Both the position numbers and the translations under genes were made by a program. A DNA stretch of 61,960 bases, filler included, from Basidioascus undulatus (taxonomy: Eukaryota), in NCBI GenBank assembly GCA_000826855.1. It is 12 parts of 12 records of this genome, joined end to end, with 100 filler letters (N's around TTAATTAATTAA, not from the genome) between each part and the next. Parts side by side here need not be neighbours in the genome. Positions count along the whole stretch, not along the records: positions 1 to 24,201 come from JTLS01000244.1; positions 24,302 to 27,657 come from JTLS01002444.1; positions 27,758 to 31,101 come from JTLS01002445.1; positions 31,202 to 34,542 come from JTLS01002446.1; positions 34,643 to 37,982 come from JTLS01002447.1; 7 more parts are not named here. One strand, written 5' to 3'. The notes below the pieces were generated by a model. That model saw only the letters and a program-made list of their open reading frames with translations. It did not search any database and was not told the DNA's origin. This document shows positions 22,635 through 35,317 of the stretch, piece by piece. Numbering within the stretch: position 1 is the first letter of the stretch; each line of letters begins with the position of its first letter.

Positions 22635-24201
22635 TCAGATAACATCTACTTTCTCCTGCGACCCCGCAGAGCGAGGGGTGCTCGTCGCCCTCGTTCCGCT
22701 ATCGACGCTCCCCGAACGCTCTTGCTTTCGTTTTCCTAACCAGCCCACGAAGATGGATAGGATGACGTGCCGGGCCTCGATTACGGGGTACACCCCGACG
22801 ACGAATATGGCGAAGAACTGGCAAAGGTACACCAGTCAGCCGAGCACACGCAAGGTAGCAAGAAAATGCAGCGTACCGCCCAGAGCACAGAAACAATCAC
22901 CCAGCCACGGAAAAACGGCTTGCTGAAAATGTACTCGTCTGATACGGGGGAGTGTCAATCAGTATTTCGGAGCAAGTCACAAGGAGCACGCGGTCACTTA
23001 CCTCCGTACATCGAAAGCGGCCAGATAATACTATGGTAGGGTCTGAAATGAGCTTCTAAAGAGAGATATAGGGCTGCTTAGCTCTTACAAGAGGGCAAGC
23101 TGGGCAAGAGAGAGTATCTTTTTGGGAGAGCAGGCGTTGGACAACTCACAAAGAGGAAGATGGTGAAGCCGCGCGCAACGTAGGCCGCTTTACGCAGCCT
23201 CTCAGGGTTGTATGTCGGGTCTACATGAGCCCGGTGTTTGATTATCAGTGCTGTTGCTTAGCTCTGGATATGCCCAAGAGGACCCACCTTCATTGGTAAC
23301 GTCCACCTCCGTCCCCTTGTCTGTGACGACGCGAACCTTCGCTGCCAGATCGGCCCAGTCACTGTGGTGGCCTAGGTTGAGCAGGTTTCGATATACCAAG
23401 TGAGGTACAAAACTCACTAGTGGGCAGGGCGGACCTGAACTCCGGTAGGCTCAGCCTGTGACGCCAATGAAGACATAAAGGAAGGTACGCACAAGGCTGA
23501 TGACGGTGGTGACCAGCAGGGAGGCGCCGATACCAGCAACACAGCCTGAAAGCAACCCAGTTCAGCGTACCAGACACACCTAAAGACTGGGATTTACCAT
23601 AGAGACAGGCGTCCAAGCTTCCAACAGAGGCAATCGACAGCTCGCCCGACAAGCGGTGTGCCAGGCTGAGCCATGTCGCCACAGCCGCCACGAAGCCGAG
23701 CCAGATTGACGTGAGGGCAGCTGTAGGGCTCTGACGGGAGGTGAAGAACGTCAAGATGAGGGGCGGAAGACCTGGGCCGGTGAAGATGCCTGGAAAGGGA
23801 AACAAGTTCAGGAATCAGAACTGTTAGGACTGTCCAACTGCCAGGTCGGGAACGGTGCACCAGTCATGTTGTAGATGAAGCCTGATTGCAGGAGTCAGCG
23901 TTCCTCCTCGGTCGAAACATGAACAGGCACATACCGAGATCAATCCCGGCACCATGCAGCATCGAAGCGAAGCCGGCCATCCACAAACTGAACAAGATCA
24001 CGGCCGTGTGGGAGGCTTTGAGAAGAGCACGATCGTCGGCGTCCTTCTGGCTGTACAAAAAGGTGTTGAGTGGTCTCTGGGTACTTTAAAGTGAGCAGGG
24101 TTCTCACATGTACGTCCGATAGATATTGTAAGATATGACAGTCTGAAAGGCAAGCTTCAGTGTCAGCGACGCTGGTTCCCCTTGAAGGGCCGGTTCTGCT
24201 C
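22635..24201 (-). CDS. DUR3: Urea/polyamine transporter, sodium:solute symporter family; 3' part only
   Basis: VISYNIYRTYI, LHGAGIDLGFIY, IIWPLSMYG, YIFSKPFFRGWVIVS, VGVYPVIE; 5' end cut by the linker. Confidence 0.85.
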
Positions 24202-24301
24202 NNNNNNNNNNNNNNNNNNNNNNNNNNNNNNNNNNNNNNNNNNNNTTAATTAATTAANNNNNNNNNNNNNNNNNNNNNNNNNNNNNNNNNNNNNNNNNNN
24301 N
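24202..24301. other. Artificial contig linker
   Basis: N44-TTAATTAATTAA-N44; the core has stops in all six frames. Confidence 0.98.
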
Positions 24302-25339
24302 GAGCGCGCCTGTGGTGGAAGGGAAGGGAGAGGGGGTTAGTGAAAGGGGTGTGGGAAGGAGGGAAGGGGAAGGGGAGGGACGCACGGGAGGGAAGAGGGG
24401 ACGGGATCCATGACGAAGGGAATTATGCGCTTCCGGACTACACCCGTGTGGTGCGTCCGGATGGTCAGCTCTTGTCCGACGTAGCATCCTTTCCGGAAGT
24501 CGACTGCTCCCCCGCGGGCGGGTGAGCCACTGCGCGCCTGCCTACCGGAAGGAGAGAGAAGACGGCACGAGCGCACCTCCGTTCATCCAGTCTACGTTGC
24601 ACTCCAACGGGACGCTTGCGCTATGCGCGAAGTCGTCCATCCCCTCCGGAACGCCGAGCAGCGTCCGATGCCGCTTGTACTCCTCCTCGGTCCCCTTCGC
24701 CTCGACTGCCACACAGCGAGGATGCACCCCATCAGCCATCCCTACCAGCGCACCATAGAAAGAAGCCCTGTCCAACTCACCTTGATCCTCCTTCTCCCTC
24801 AGCACCCTCCACCCCAGCCCTGGGGCCCTCCGATCGGGCGTGCGCAACCCACCGCCCTCGCCCCCCTGCCACACCTCCCATGCGGCGCTCGCATCGCGCA
24901 GCTTGACCTTGCTGCGGAGGACGTACTTGCGCATTGTCTTCTGGAGGTCTTCCAGCCCGCGCGCGTCGACGTCGATGAGGTATGTCGGCGCCGCGGCGGA
25001 TGGCAGCGGGTGGAGGAAGACGTCGTAGAGCATTCGGCCCTGGTCACTTTCGTCTCAGCACGCTAGAAGCCCATGACTGGAAAGAAGGAAGAGAGGACGC
25101 ACTTGGGGTGTCAGGAAGGCCGAGTACACCCCTTCGCCGTCTGGCGGAGGCACATTCTGGGTGACGAGCCCCTGCAAGAACTTCTGTGCGTCTTTGCCGG
25201 AGACTTCGAGGACGCCGCGGGAGGCGAGGCGGGTGGGCGCGGGCGGGGCGGTGGGTGCGGAGGGAGGGACGGTGGATGAGAAGCGGATGGAGGGGGTGGG
25301 TCTGAATAGCCGCTGAAGGGGTCGAGGGAAAGGTGGCAT
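24302..25339 (-). CDS. IBA57: Mitochondrial Fe-S assembly factor Iba57/Caf17 (YgfZ family), 3' truncated
   Basis: Arg-rich presequence, [33 protein letters not shown] and the signature [26 protein letters not shown]. Confidence 0.95.
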
Positions 25340-25553
25340 GGTGGATGATGGAGAATCGGAGAAAGGTGAGAGGGCGAAGGGGAGAACGTCGTCCACTCGG
25401 GCGACTCGGGTCGGGATGATGTAAGACCGGGTGCTGACTGCAAAGCCTCGGTTTGTCCATGGACAACCGCCGGAGCTGCCTTGCTTCCTCAATCCCAGTC
25501 GATCCTCAGCGTCTTCCTTCCAAACCATTTCACCACCACCCAATCCACTCATT

Positions 25554-25949
25554 ATGTCCTCCTCCTCATCCTCCTCCTCATCAGCCCCCTCCCAACCGCC
25601 CGCAGCCTGCGCCTCTCTGCGACAAGAGCTCGCCGACTGCCTGCTCAAGTCCGAGTGCATGAAGTCCGGGCGGACGGCGCAGGAGTGCATGCGCGCCGAA
25701 GACCTGCCGATAGAGTGCAAGCACCTGCGCATCGCGTACTTCGAGTGCCGGAGAGGGATGGTCAGTTGCGGTCTTCTGATCAAGAGGGAGCAGAATGGGT
25801 GGAGCGGCTGCTGATGAGTGAGAGGGACTGGGGGGAACGGGCAGCTGGACATGCGGAAACGGTTTAGGGGGAATACGGCGGGCGGGGCAAAGGCTGCGGC
25901 GGGGAAGACGGAGGAGCAGCTGGAGAAGGACGGGGAGGGGCGACCATGA
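25554..25949 (+). CDS. PET191: Cytochrome c oxidase assembly factor Pet191/COA5
   Basis: ACASLRQELADCLLKSECM..ECM..LPIECKHLRIAYFECRRGM|LDMRKRFRGN; intron 25761-25844. Confidence 0.93.
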
Positions 25950-26131
25950 AGGCTTGGAAGGCGGGCAGGCGGACGGGAGGGGGAGAGAGGTACGAGCTGC
26001 TCGGCGGACGGGCTTGCATAGGCACACACGCATCATACCCCATTCTGCAATCACTCTCCAGCAGGCCTGCTTGCACGCCCACACATTTTGCAGAAATAGT
26101 ACAACAGATGCATGTTCCTCCCTGCGACAGT

Positions 26132-27424
26132 CTACTCGTCCGGGAAGTCGCCTTCGTCCAGATCCTACCCAGTCCCGCACCGTACGTCAACCTCTCTCCC
26201 ATGTCGAGTGGAGTTAGGTGGGGAGACCCCGGACGCACCCTCGGTTCTAGCGGCTCCTCGTCCTCGCCGTACTGCATCGCATTGTCAATATGGCTCAGCA
26301 CGGCCGCGAGCGAGTCCTCGTTGGTCACGTCGAGGGGGAGGAAGTGGATGAGGTTGTGGTCGTCGATCTGGAAAGATGATGAGCATTGTGAATCAGCCAA
26401 CGCAGTGTGTGAGGCGACTCGAGATGGTGAGGCGGGACGCACGAGCTGGACAATCGCCTCGTTCAGCGCGTGGAACTTCGGGTTCGTCGTCTTGTTCACT
26501 TCGTCCAGCAGCAACGACGGGTCGGGTTCCAGGTATCTGCGCAGCGCACATCCTTCACTTATTAGCCTCCCCTTCGTCCTCCCGCTCCGTCAATGTCCCC
26601 CTCACGCACCTTTGCAGATCCCTCTTCCCCCGTCCCGCCTCGACCATTCCCTCCCCGCCCTTGCCCTTATCGCCTCCAACCAAATCCATCTTGCTGAGGA
26701 TGTTGATGTGCGGCACCTCGAGGTTGATCATCGCGCTCATTGCGCTCATCACGCCCGCAAAGTACTTTGCGCGGTCCTCCATGAACTGCGACTCGAGGAG
26801 GTACGTCGCGCAGACGCGCGTGTTCCACCCCTGCAGCGTCTGCACGAGCTGCGAGATGATCGGGAAGTGCGTGTAGAGCTCGATCTGGCCTGAGGAGGAG
26901 GACGACGATGGTTCAGTCCGATTCTTTGTTGAGTAACTTTGCTAGCGAAGGAATGCACGCACCCGGGCAGTCGATGATCAGATAGTCGTCCTCATAGCTC
27001 CCCACCTCCTCCTCCAGCCAATCCAAATTCTGCATCAAGAACCTTCCCTCCGCCCACCACCGCATCAGCCTCCTTCCCTCCCCCTCCCATTTCTCCTCAC
27101 CCTCACTTTCCCTGCACTCACTCAAAGCAGTACACCAGCCCGCCATTCGGCCCAAACCCGAGCTCCTCCATGACGTCCTCGAGCGAGATAAGGTCGCGGA
27201 TGTCGATGCTCGGCTCAACGGCAAAGTCCTCCGCGGCGGGGTCGAGGTTGAAGAGGTGCATGCGCCGCTTGGTCGCCTGGCCGTGCTGGATCAGCGCCGA
27301 GCAGAAGGTGGACTTGCCCGCGCCGGCGGGGCCGCTGGTGTGACAGGAGCAGCGGTGAGCTGGAGAATAGTAGAGGAGGGGGAAGGAAAGAGGACACGAA
27401 CGATACTAGGACGGCATAGCGCAT
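26132..27424 (-). CDS. GPN3: GPN-loop GTPase 3
   Basis: [75 protein letters not shown] at 26132-26134. Confidence 0.95.
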
Positions 27425-27657
27425 AGTTGAGGGCGTGGAAGGGGGTAGATCAAGGAGAGAAGACAACTTGCAAGGCGACGCGAGATGAAGTCAGCGGCCT
27501 CGTCCGCGTCGATCCGTGGACCGTCCGCCCAGACGCGCTCACTGTCGCCCTGTCTTCTGCCTTCCTCTTATCACGTAACACCCACCATCTCTCAGCATGT
27601 CCGACCCTTCCTGCCCAACGGGCGACTGCCCCCCCGACCCCACGACTACCGCACACC

Positions 27658-27757
27658 NNNNNNNNNNNNNNNNNNNNNNNNNNNNNNNNNNNNNNNNNNN
27701 NTTAATTAATTAANNNNNNNNNNNNNNNNNNNNNNNNNNNNNNNNNNNNNNNNNNNN
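27658..27757. other. Artificial contig linker
   Basis: N44-TTAATTAATTAA-N44. Confidence 0.98.
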
Positions 27758-27767
27758 GTTTACATCT

Positions 27768-27839
27768 TCCTCCTTAGCTCAGTGGTAGAGCGCGTCACTA
27801 GTAATGACGAGGTCAGTCGTTCAAGTCGGCTAGGAGGAA
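27768..27839 (+). tRNA. tRNA-Thr(AGT)
   Basis: TCCTCCT-TA-GCTC..GAGC-G-CGTCA-CTAGTAA-TGACG-AGGTC-AGTCG-TTCAAGT-CGGCT-AGGAGGA-A forms a cloverleaf with anticodon AGT. Confidence 0.95.
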
Positions 27840-28108
27840 TAATATCCTTTTGCCTGCTACCTTCTTTTTTCCGCTGGGGCTGTAAAGCAGTGCACCTCCA
27901 TGACAGTTCAATTACCACATTTGGCCCCGCTCTCCCCAGACTGATGCGGCCGTCACCTTGGTACCACTAGATTCCTTTGTGCCCAAAGTTCCCAACGGGG
28001 CCGACCCTTGAACAGCTCTCGGACGAATTCCGATTAGGATACAGCCCACATACATCGCGGACAAGCTCATCAGCGTATAAAAATTGCACATCGTCCGAAT
28101 CCACAAGC

Positions 28109-31101
28109 TCAAGATCGCCCCTCCAGCATCGCCACCTTCCACTCGGTCTTCCCAAACACGGGCTTGGGCGGGAGCTGCGGCCGCTCCTTCACGAACCCGG
28201 GCAACGCGAGGGGCTCCTCTTCCTTCTCCGGCGGGGGTTTCTCCCAGCCCTTCTCGAGCGCGGCGGTCATGGCGCCCTCGAGCGCGGAGAGCACGTGCTG
28301 TAGCTCAGCCGCCTCGGAGGGATGGAACAGGACGAGGTAGGGGAGGAGGCGCTGGGTTTCGACTGTGGAATTAGAGCATCGTGTTAGGGAGGCTGCAGGG
28401 AGGGAGAGGAGAGGACGCACGGAGGGTGCCATTCAACCGCTCGGAGAGACGGTCCATTGAGGAGAGGAGGTACTCCTCCTCGTTCACAGTGCCCTTCTTG
28501 CCCGCGGCCTTCTTGAGCGCGGCTTTGCGCTTGCTCTTCGCGGACATCCTAAGCCCAGCCCCAAGTGAAAAAATCAACATTCCAGAGAAAAAAGCGCGGA
28601 GGACGAAGCCAACGCACTTGCTCGCCGTCGTCCGATTCGTCGAAGCGAACGTCGACGCCTGCTGCGTGTAGCGAGTGAACGCCGTCGCAGCCGTCGTCGC
28701 CTCCGAGGACACATCGACGTTCTCCAGCGCGGGGTCGTCCTCGAGGTAGAAGGCAGCTGTCGGCCCACGCCCTTTCTTTCAGCCGACAGCCCGCTTGGGA
28801 CGAGAGACAAAACGACAGCGCACCAGGCTGCTGCTCCTTTAGCTTCCGCAGCTGTTCCAGCCGCGCAACCTGCTTCTCCAGCTGCTCCCGCATCTCCACG
28901 ATCTCTTCGAGCATGTTCTCCTGCGCGGAGAGCGCGCCGGGCTTGATGAGCGTGTCGATGAGGTCGGGGCGGTTGCGGAGCGTGCACTGCCGGAGAAAGC
29001 GAGGAAATTTGAGCGACGCCCGCTGAGATGAGAGGGGAAGGGAGATGAAAGGAAAGAGCAACGCACGATCCGACACGCCTCCGGGAACTCCACGCCCTTC
29101 ATCAGCTGCCCCACAGCCTGCTCCACGTCCTTCGCATAGTCAAGCAAGACCTGGCCGGCCTCCGCAAACCTGCGGCGCTGATTCAGATCGTCTGTTCCCC
29201 CAACCCCACACTTATCAGCCTCCTGCCTTCCTGGACTCAACGGAAAAGCAAACGAAATACGACTGACCGGCCACCTTCCTCGCCAGCTCCTCGGTCTCCT
29301 CCTCCGCCATCCCCTCCGCCTTCGCGAGCGCAAACAGTTCCCGCCATGCGTGCGCGCGGTCGTACGCCTCCATCGCCTTGTCTGGCCGCTGCGCGAGGAC
29401 GTATGACAGCGCGGCGTCGCGGTAGGACCGCTGCGACATCAGGTGGTCGCCGTAGGCGTCGAGGAAGATCTGTGCGAGTGGCAGAAGCCAGGTCACCTTG
29501 GGTGTAGTGAGAAGGGAGGGGAAAAGGACGGACGTGGTGCGCTGCTTCGTCCGACTCGGACAGCGAGAGCGCGTGCATGTACAGCCCGTGCTGCCGCGTG
29601 TAGGCGAGCGCTTCGTCCAGGTGTTCTTCTCCTGTGCGCGTCCACAGCGCACTATCAGCATCGAACGCCACACACGCCGAAATCAAACCGAACGCCGATA
29701 CGCACCAGCAGCGTACAGATTCCCCAGCGCCGAAGCATACCGCTTCAGATGATCGTCAATCTTGAAGCGCTGGTAGAACTTGGGAAGCGCCTGCAGCTCG
29801 CGCAGGAAGGGGAGGTACTCCCTCGGGTCCTATCCGACTCCCGAACATCAGCATCAGCTCTCAAAAAGCCCGAGCAAAGAAAGGGAAGGGAGACGGAGAG
29901 GGAAGGAGACAAGGTGCACCTTCTGCGAATGCTGCGCGATCATGAGCACGAGCGCAAAGTCGTACATCCCGAGCGCGACGTGGTACAGCGTGTCAGCGTC
30001 GACAAGGAAGATGATGTACTTGACTGCGTCCTCGGCGAGGTCGGCATCGTGTTCTGTTCCCGCCCACTCATTCTTCCATTAGCACCACAATCTCAACGAC
30101 GACCTCCTTGTTCCTTCCACGCACGCACCCTTGAGCGTATGCAGCACCCTTAACCCCGCCTGCACGTCCGCCGGCGTCTTGCGCACGTGCGACGTGAGGA
30201 TCGTGTACGCGTAGCGGAGGAGGTCGCGCCGCTCGAGCGACGCGCGGAGCGCGTCGCAGATCGCGTTGACCTTGCCCCGGTCCGGGGTCGGGGTCGGGGT
30301 CGGGTCCGCGGTTGCGGGCGCCGAGGGGGAGGGATAGAGGGTGCGGGTGACGTCTTCGTTGCTGTCACGCTCACTCGGGATTAGCATGGTACGAAGAGAT
30401 AAGAAGGCGAAAAGAGGGGGAGGGGTTGGGGGGGAGGAAGGGAGGAAGGGAGGAAGGGAGGAGGAGAGGGGAAAAGGGAGGACGGGAGAGCGGGAGGGGA
30501 AAGGGCAAAGGACGTACCGAAGAGAAGTGAGGAACAGGTTCAAATGGTCCACATCGTCAATCTGATCCACAAAGCTCTCCAGGCGGTGCATGAACTTCTC
30601 GGGCGCGTGGTCGTACAAGACGTTCATGTCGATGCGGTGCTTCCTGCACGCGATGAACGCTGCGCGGTAGTCGCCGCTGCCATCCCCATCCACCGTTTCC
30701 CATCAGCTCTCTCCTCCACATCCGTCGACCAAGAAGAAGGAAGACGAGAAGAGGCAGAGGAGGTGGGGGAGGAAGGGAGAAGGAACGAACCGATCGATAT
30801 CCCCCCTAACGACCTCCAGCACCAACGGCCTAGGCGCGATCGTCTCCAAATTCCCCCTCGGCATCTGCAAGACGAGGCCCATCTGCTCCGGACAGACAGT
30901 GACGATCCGGCTCCCCCTCTCCACCCTGCGTCTCTCCCACCTCGCCTTCCCCCCCTCGATCTCTTTCTCCTGCTGCGCGGAGAGGGAAGAGAGGGGGATG
31001 AACACCGCCTCGTGTGACGAGGTGGAGGCGATGAGGTAGTCGGGCGTGGGGGCGAAGGAGGTCGCGTCTGTGAGGAGGGTGGCGGGGGGGGCGCGGGGAA
31101 G
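28109..31101 (-). CDS. ELP1: Elongator complex subunit 1, 3' part only
   Basis: RRVERGSRIVTV..LVLQMPRGNLETIAPRPLVL, AFIACRKHRIDMN, ALGMYDFALVLMIAQHSQK|DPREYLPFL, RFKIDDHLKRY, GKKGTVNEEEYL. Confidence 0.96.
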
Positions 31102-31201
31102 NNNNNNNNNNNNNNNNNNNNNNNNNNNNNNNNNNNNNNNNNNNNTTAATTAATTAANNNNNNNNNNNNNNNNNNNNNNNNNNNNNNNNNNNNNNNNNNN
31201 N
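31102..31201. other. Artificial contig linker
   Basis: N44-TTAATTAATTAA-N44. Confidence 0.98.
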
Positions 31202-33216
31202 GGAGGGCAAGGGGGACGGGGAGGGCGCGAGGAGCGGGGAGGACGTAGAGGCTAGTTCGGCGGCGGCTGGGGTGGGGGTCGGTCGGGTCGGGGAAGGAGG
31301 TTTGGGCTTGTCCGAGTCCACGGCGGTGGCGACTGGGGACTCAGCCGTCGCGGCCTCCGCGCCGTCCTCCCCGCGCTCGCGCCGCCGCTCCCGTCCGCGC
31401 TCCCACATCAACCACCAAAGCCCGCTCGCCGCGTCGCACGCGCAGTTGCGCACGCTATGGCGAATCTGGCCGACGTCGAACCCCATGTCGCCGAGGGAGC
31501 GCAGCAAGGCGCGCTCCCACTCTTGCTCGAACGGGGCGGGCTGCGGCGTGCGCAGGAGCGCGAGGTAGTCTGGTCCCTTTGGGGCGGCGGAAGTGAGGGG
31601 CAGGGGCGTGAGAGGCGGGAGCTCGGAGAGCGTGGAGGAAACGGATCGGCGCTTGGTGCGCGAGGGAGTGCGCGCGGTCGCGGAGGAGATCATGTGGTGG
31701 CGGAGGGAGGAGGAGGACGAGGGTGTGCGACGCAGCGCAGGGGAAGAGAGGTCTTCCTCCGACGTAGGTGCGAGGACCTGCGCGTGCTTCGCCGCCTTCG
31801 GGGTCGGCCCCTCGCCCGCGAGGTCCTCCCGCCGCAGAGTCGTCTGCGACTCGTTGTTCGCATGGTAGTGGTGTAGGAGGACGCCGCTCCGCGCGTCTTC
31901 CGGCTCAAGGAGGGGCAGGAACCCGCCCGTGTCCGGCAGGGGCGGGAGGAACCCCGCCTCCGGCTTCTCGTCCTCGGTCGTCGTCGTCGGCGTCGTCACG
32001 CCGCTGCCGACGTCCCACCCACCGCTGCTGCTCCCCGCCGCGGAGTAGTAGCTCGACTCGGACGCCGAGTGCTCGTGCGCGGGCGGCGGGGTCGCCGGGC
32101 GGGATGCGGGCGCCGGGTGTGGGGGCGTGAGGTGTGCCGGGGGAGGAGATTGGGGAGGGTGGCGCGTGAACCAGGGGTGGGAGAGGATGGTCGGGATGGA
32201 AGGGCGTGAGGAGGGCGTGAGGACCAGGATGGAGCGGATGAGGTCGCGGGCGTCTGTGGGGAAAGAATGAGTTTGAGATGGGAGAAGGTAGGGATGGAGA
32301 TGGAGGAGAGAGCGCACCGTCTGTCAGCCACTCGGGGTCATAGAACTCGCCCTTGAGGATGTCCGCCTTCATGGCCTCCTCATCGTCGTTGTCGAAGGGA
32401 AGGCCGCCCGTGAGAAGCGTGTAGAGGATGATGCCGGACGACCAGATGTCGACCTCTGAGGCCCTTCGCATGAGCGCCCCACCCAACATCCAAGAAAGAG
32501 AAACGACGCACCGGGACCTGAGTACTTCTCTCCCCTGAGCATCTCCGGCGCGGCGTACCCCGTAGTCCCACACCACGTCTCCATCCACCTTCCCGTGCCC
32601 TCCTCAAACTCCCTCGCAAACCCAAAGTCGCCGAGCTTGACATCTCCTCGCATATCGAGCAAGACGTTCTCGAGCTTGAGGTCGCGGTGGACGACGCCCT
32701 GCGAGTGAAGGTACCCGACGGCGAGCATGAGCTGTCCGAAGACCCTCCGCGCCTCATCCTCGGCGAGGCGGCCGCGCTCGACGAGGTAGTCGTAGAGCTC
32801 GCCGCCCGCGCAGAGCTCAGAGACAAGGTGGACGTCGCGCTCGGTGGGAATGAGCTCGAGAAGGCGTGCGACGTGCGGGTGCGAGAGGCGGCGGTGGTGA
32901 TGGATCTCGCGGGTGAGGGCGCCGAGCTGGGCGTGCGACTTGGGCACGGACTTGACTGCGACTTGGCACGAGGAGAGGAGGCGGTGGGAGGCGAGGCGGA
33001 CGAGGCCGAAGGAGCCCGAGCCGAGGGTGCGCGCGAGCGTGTAGTTGCCGACGGTGTGCAGCACAGGCGACGACAGCTCGGCCGTCAGCGACTGGTACGC
33101 CTCGGCGAGCTGGAAGACGGGGGAGAGGGGAGTCAGCGATCTCTGCAGGCTCGCTATGGGGAAGATGGGCGCACCTGGGCCTTCTTGTTGTTGCTCGCCG
33201 ACTGCTGGCGCGCCAT
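31202..33216 (-). CDS. CAMKL (AMPK-related) Ser/Thr kinase with a UBA-like region, 3' truncated
   Basis: LGSGSFGLV, VAVK, HRDLKLEN, DFGFARE, TWCGTTGYAAPE, DIWSSG; later LGDMGFDVGQIRHSV..CDAASGLWW. Confidence 0.93.
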
Positions 33217-34200
33217 CGTGCACCCTCAAGCAGCAGCAGCGATGTTCTTGCTCAAAAGCCCCCAGCGGTGCGTGATCGAAAGCGAAAGCCAAACAAAAGG
33301 CGCGACCGGTGGGCTGATGGAGACTGCAAGTTGGGTGATGTGAGCGGGAAAACGAGACGAGACTGGTCCGTAGCGGGCGCGCTGGAGACGCACCCAAAGA
33401 CGCTCCGGGTCTCGCGGGAGTTTCGAGGGAGAACGGGGGGTATGTCGGCGTGTATGTGTGGACGATGTGGAAGACGCGTCTGTGATGAAGCGCCAAACGG
33501 AGTGTCGAGAGTGGATATGATCTTCAACGACAGGAGGCCGTCGAGGAGCGCGCGCTCCGGCCCGGCAGCGTGACAGCGCCGAGCTCCTCGAGCCCTTTCA
33601 TTTTCTGATGCTGATAGTTCTTGTCTGCATTAATTGCTCCATAATCTAGTACAAACCTGAAATACTTCTTTGTTAAACGTGTAAGCTGCAAAAAGTGGAA
33701 CCCGAAGAAGCGGACAACCTGCTATCGATTGTGCGAAAGCGCCAAACAAACCCACTGCGCTCGCAACGGGAGAAACAACTCTTCCACTTGCTTTCACGAC
33801 TTTTCACTGACCTCCATAGTAAGTGCAGCGCATGTGCACTCTTCCGCATTCATACCCTCGCCATCAATATTCTCAAGCTGTTCCAATGCATGCGCCGACG
33901 GAATCCGGAACGCCTTCAGTCAACGATCACCTCATCCCTCCCAGTCCTGGCGACAACGCGTAGCGCAGCAGGCGCTGCAGACCTTGCACGCGGCATCTTT
34001 CCCAACCGCCCAGAATTCTTGACTTATCACGAGAACGCAAACAATCCCAACGCTTGCGTGCCCTTCCTTCCCGCAACTATAAGAACCTACCTCATTCCAC
34101 TCCTCCTTCTTCCACCGCAATCTACTTTCACTTTGACCTCCCATCCCCACTCCTCTCTCATAACCACACCCCTATAAGCCCCAAATTCCCAAATCGGACA

Positions 34201-34542
34201 ATGGTCCTCAAGCTCTACGGTCCCCCCGGCTCAGTCGGCGTCAAGCGCGCGCAGTCGTCGCTGCCGAGCTCGGGATCGCGTACGAGCTCGTGCCGCTCAA
34301 CCTGCAGGCCAAGGAGCAGAAGAAGGACGAGTGTGCGTGTTGCCTCCCTCCCCTCCCCCTCCCCCTGCGTCCTCCTCCTGCTCCTTTTCCCTTTTTAACC
34401 CCCCGGGAACCAGACCTCGCCCTGAACCCCTTCGGCCAAGTGCCCACGCTCGACGACGACGGGTTCATCCTCTACGAGGTGCTTTCCCTGCCCCTTCCCC
34501 CCTTCCCCCAAGTCCAAGCGCTCCCAAACCCCTACCTCCCCC
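34201..34542 (+). pseudogene. Glutathione S-transferase N-terminal part with a 1-nt frameshift; contig-truncated
   Basis: MVLKLYG..KR / AVVAAELGIAYELVPLNLQAKEQK..NPFGQVPTLDDDGFILYE; frame breaks at 34249-34250. Could be a sequencing error. Confidence 0.7.
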
Positions 34543-34642
34543 NNNNNNNNNNNNNNNNNNNNNNNNNNNNNNNNNNNNNNNNNNNNTTAATTAATTAANN
34601 NNNNNNNNNNNNNNNNNNNNNNNNNNNNNNNNNNNNNNNNNN
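34543..34642. other. Artificial contig linker
   Basis: N44-TTAATTAATTAA-N44. Confidence 0.98.
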
Positions 34643-34823
34643 CGGCTACGCGGGCGCGAGGGGGAGATAAGTCGTGCGTGTCATGGGTCATATGTAAGTC
34701 ATAAGGGGGTGGGGGGGTGGAGATGGAGATTGCGGTGGTGAATGGGGAGAAGGGTGGGATAGAGACCACGACGACCACGAACAATACTCTTGTAAAGATA
34801 AGAGCAACAATAACTAGAGTGAA

Positions 34824-35317
34824 ATGACTACCAACCCAGGCACGACCGGCGAGCGGTGCGTCCCCTCTCCCCCCGCTCCTCGCCCCGTCTTCCCTCCGCA
34901 TTCTCCTCTTCCACTCCCCCCAACTTCCTCCCACTCATTCTCCATCGAAACAGGGATGACCACGTAACGATCTACTCCAAAGGCCCGGCGGACGTGCACG
35001 CCAAGGAGCAGCCCGCGACGGAGCAGCCGAGCGTGCGGGACGCGCAGGGGCGCCAGGAGGAGGACGCGGAGATGCTGAGGAAGCTGAAGGCGGCGGGGGA
35101 GGGGCTGCATGAGAGTCTGAATGAAATGAGGGGGGGACCCACGGCGCATCCGAGAAGCGGCAAACAACCGGGGTGGGAGCGACCGACATGCCCCTTCGCT
35201 CCATTCCACACCCTCTTTGCCACGGCTCACTGCGATCCCTTTCAATCAATCAGTGCCGCGCTATCACCCACAAGCTCCCTACACCTGCTCTCCACCACCG
35301 CTTCCCCCCGCCCCTCG
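34824..35317 (+). CDS. Small hydrophilic protein, or an N-terminal extension of the RING gene
   Basis: MTTNPGTTGER|DDHVTIYSKGPADVHAKEQ..; GT-AG intron ~34856-34953; no stop before the RING ATG. Confidence 0.45.

Noticed and set aside
27768..31101. Functional link between ELP1 and the adjacent tRNA-Thr
   Set aside because: Elongator modifies U34; this tRNA has A34. Likely coincidence.
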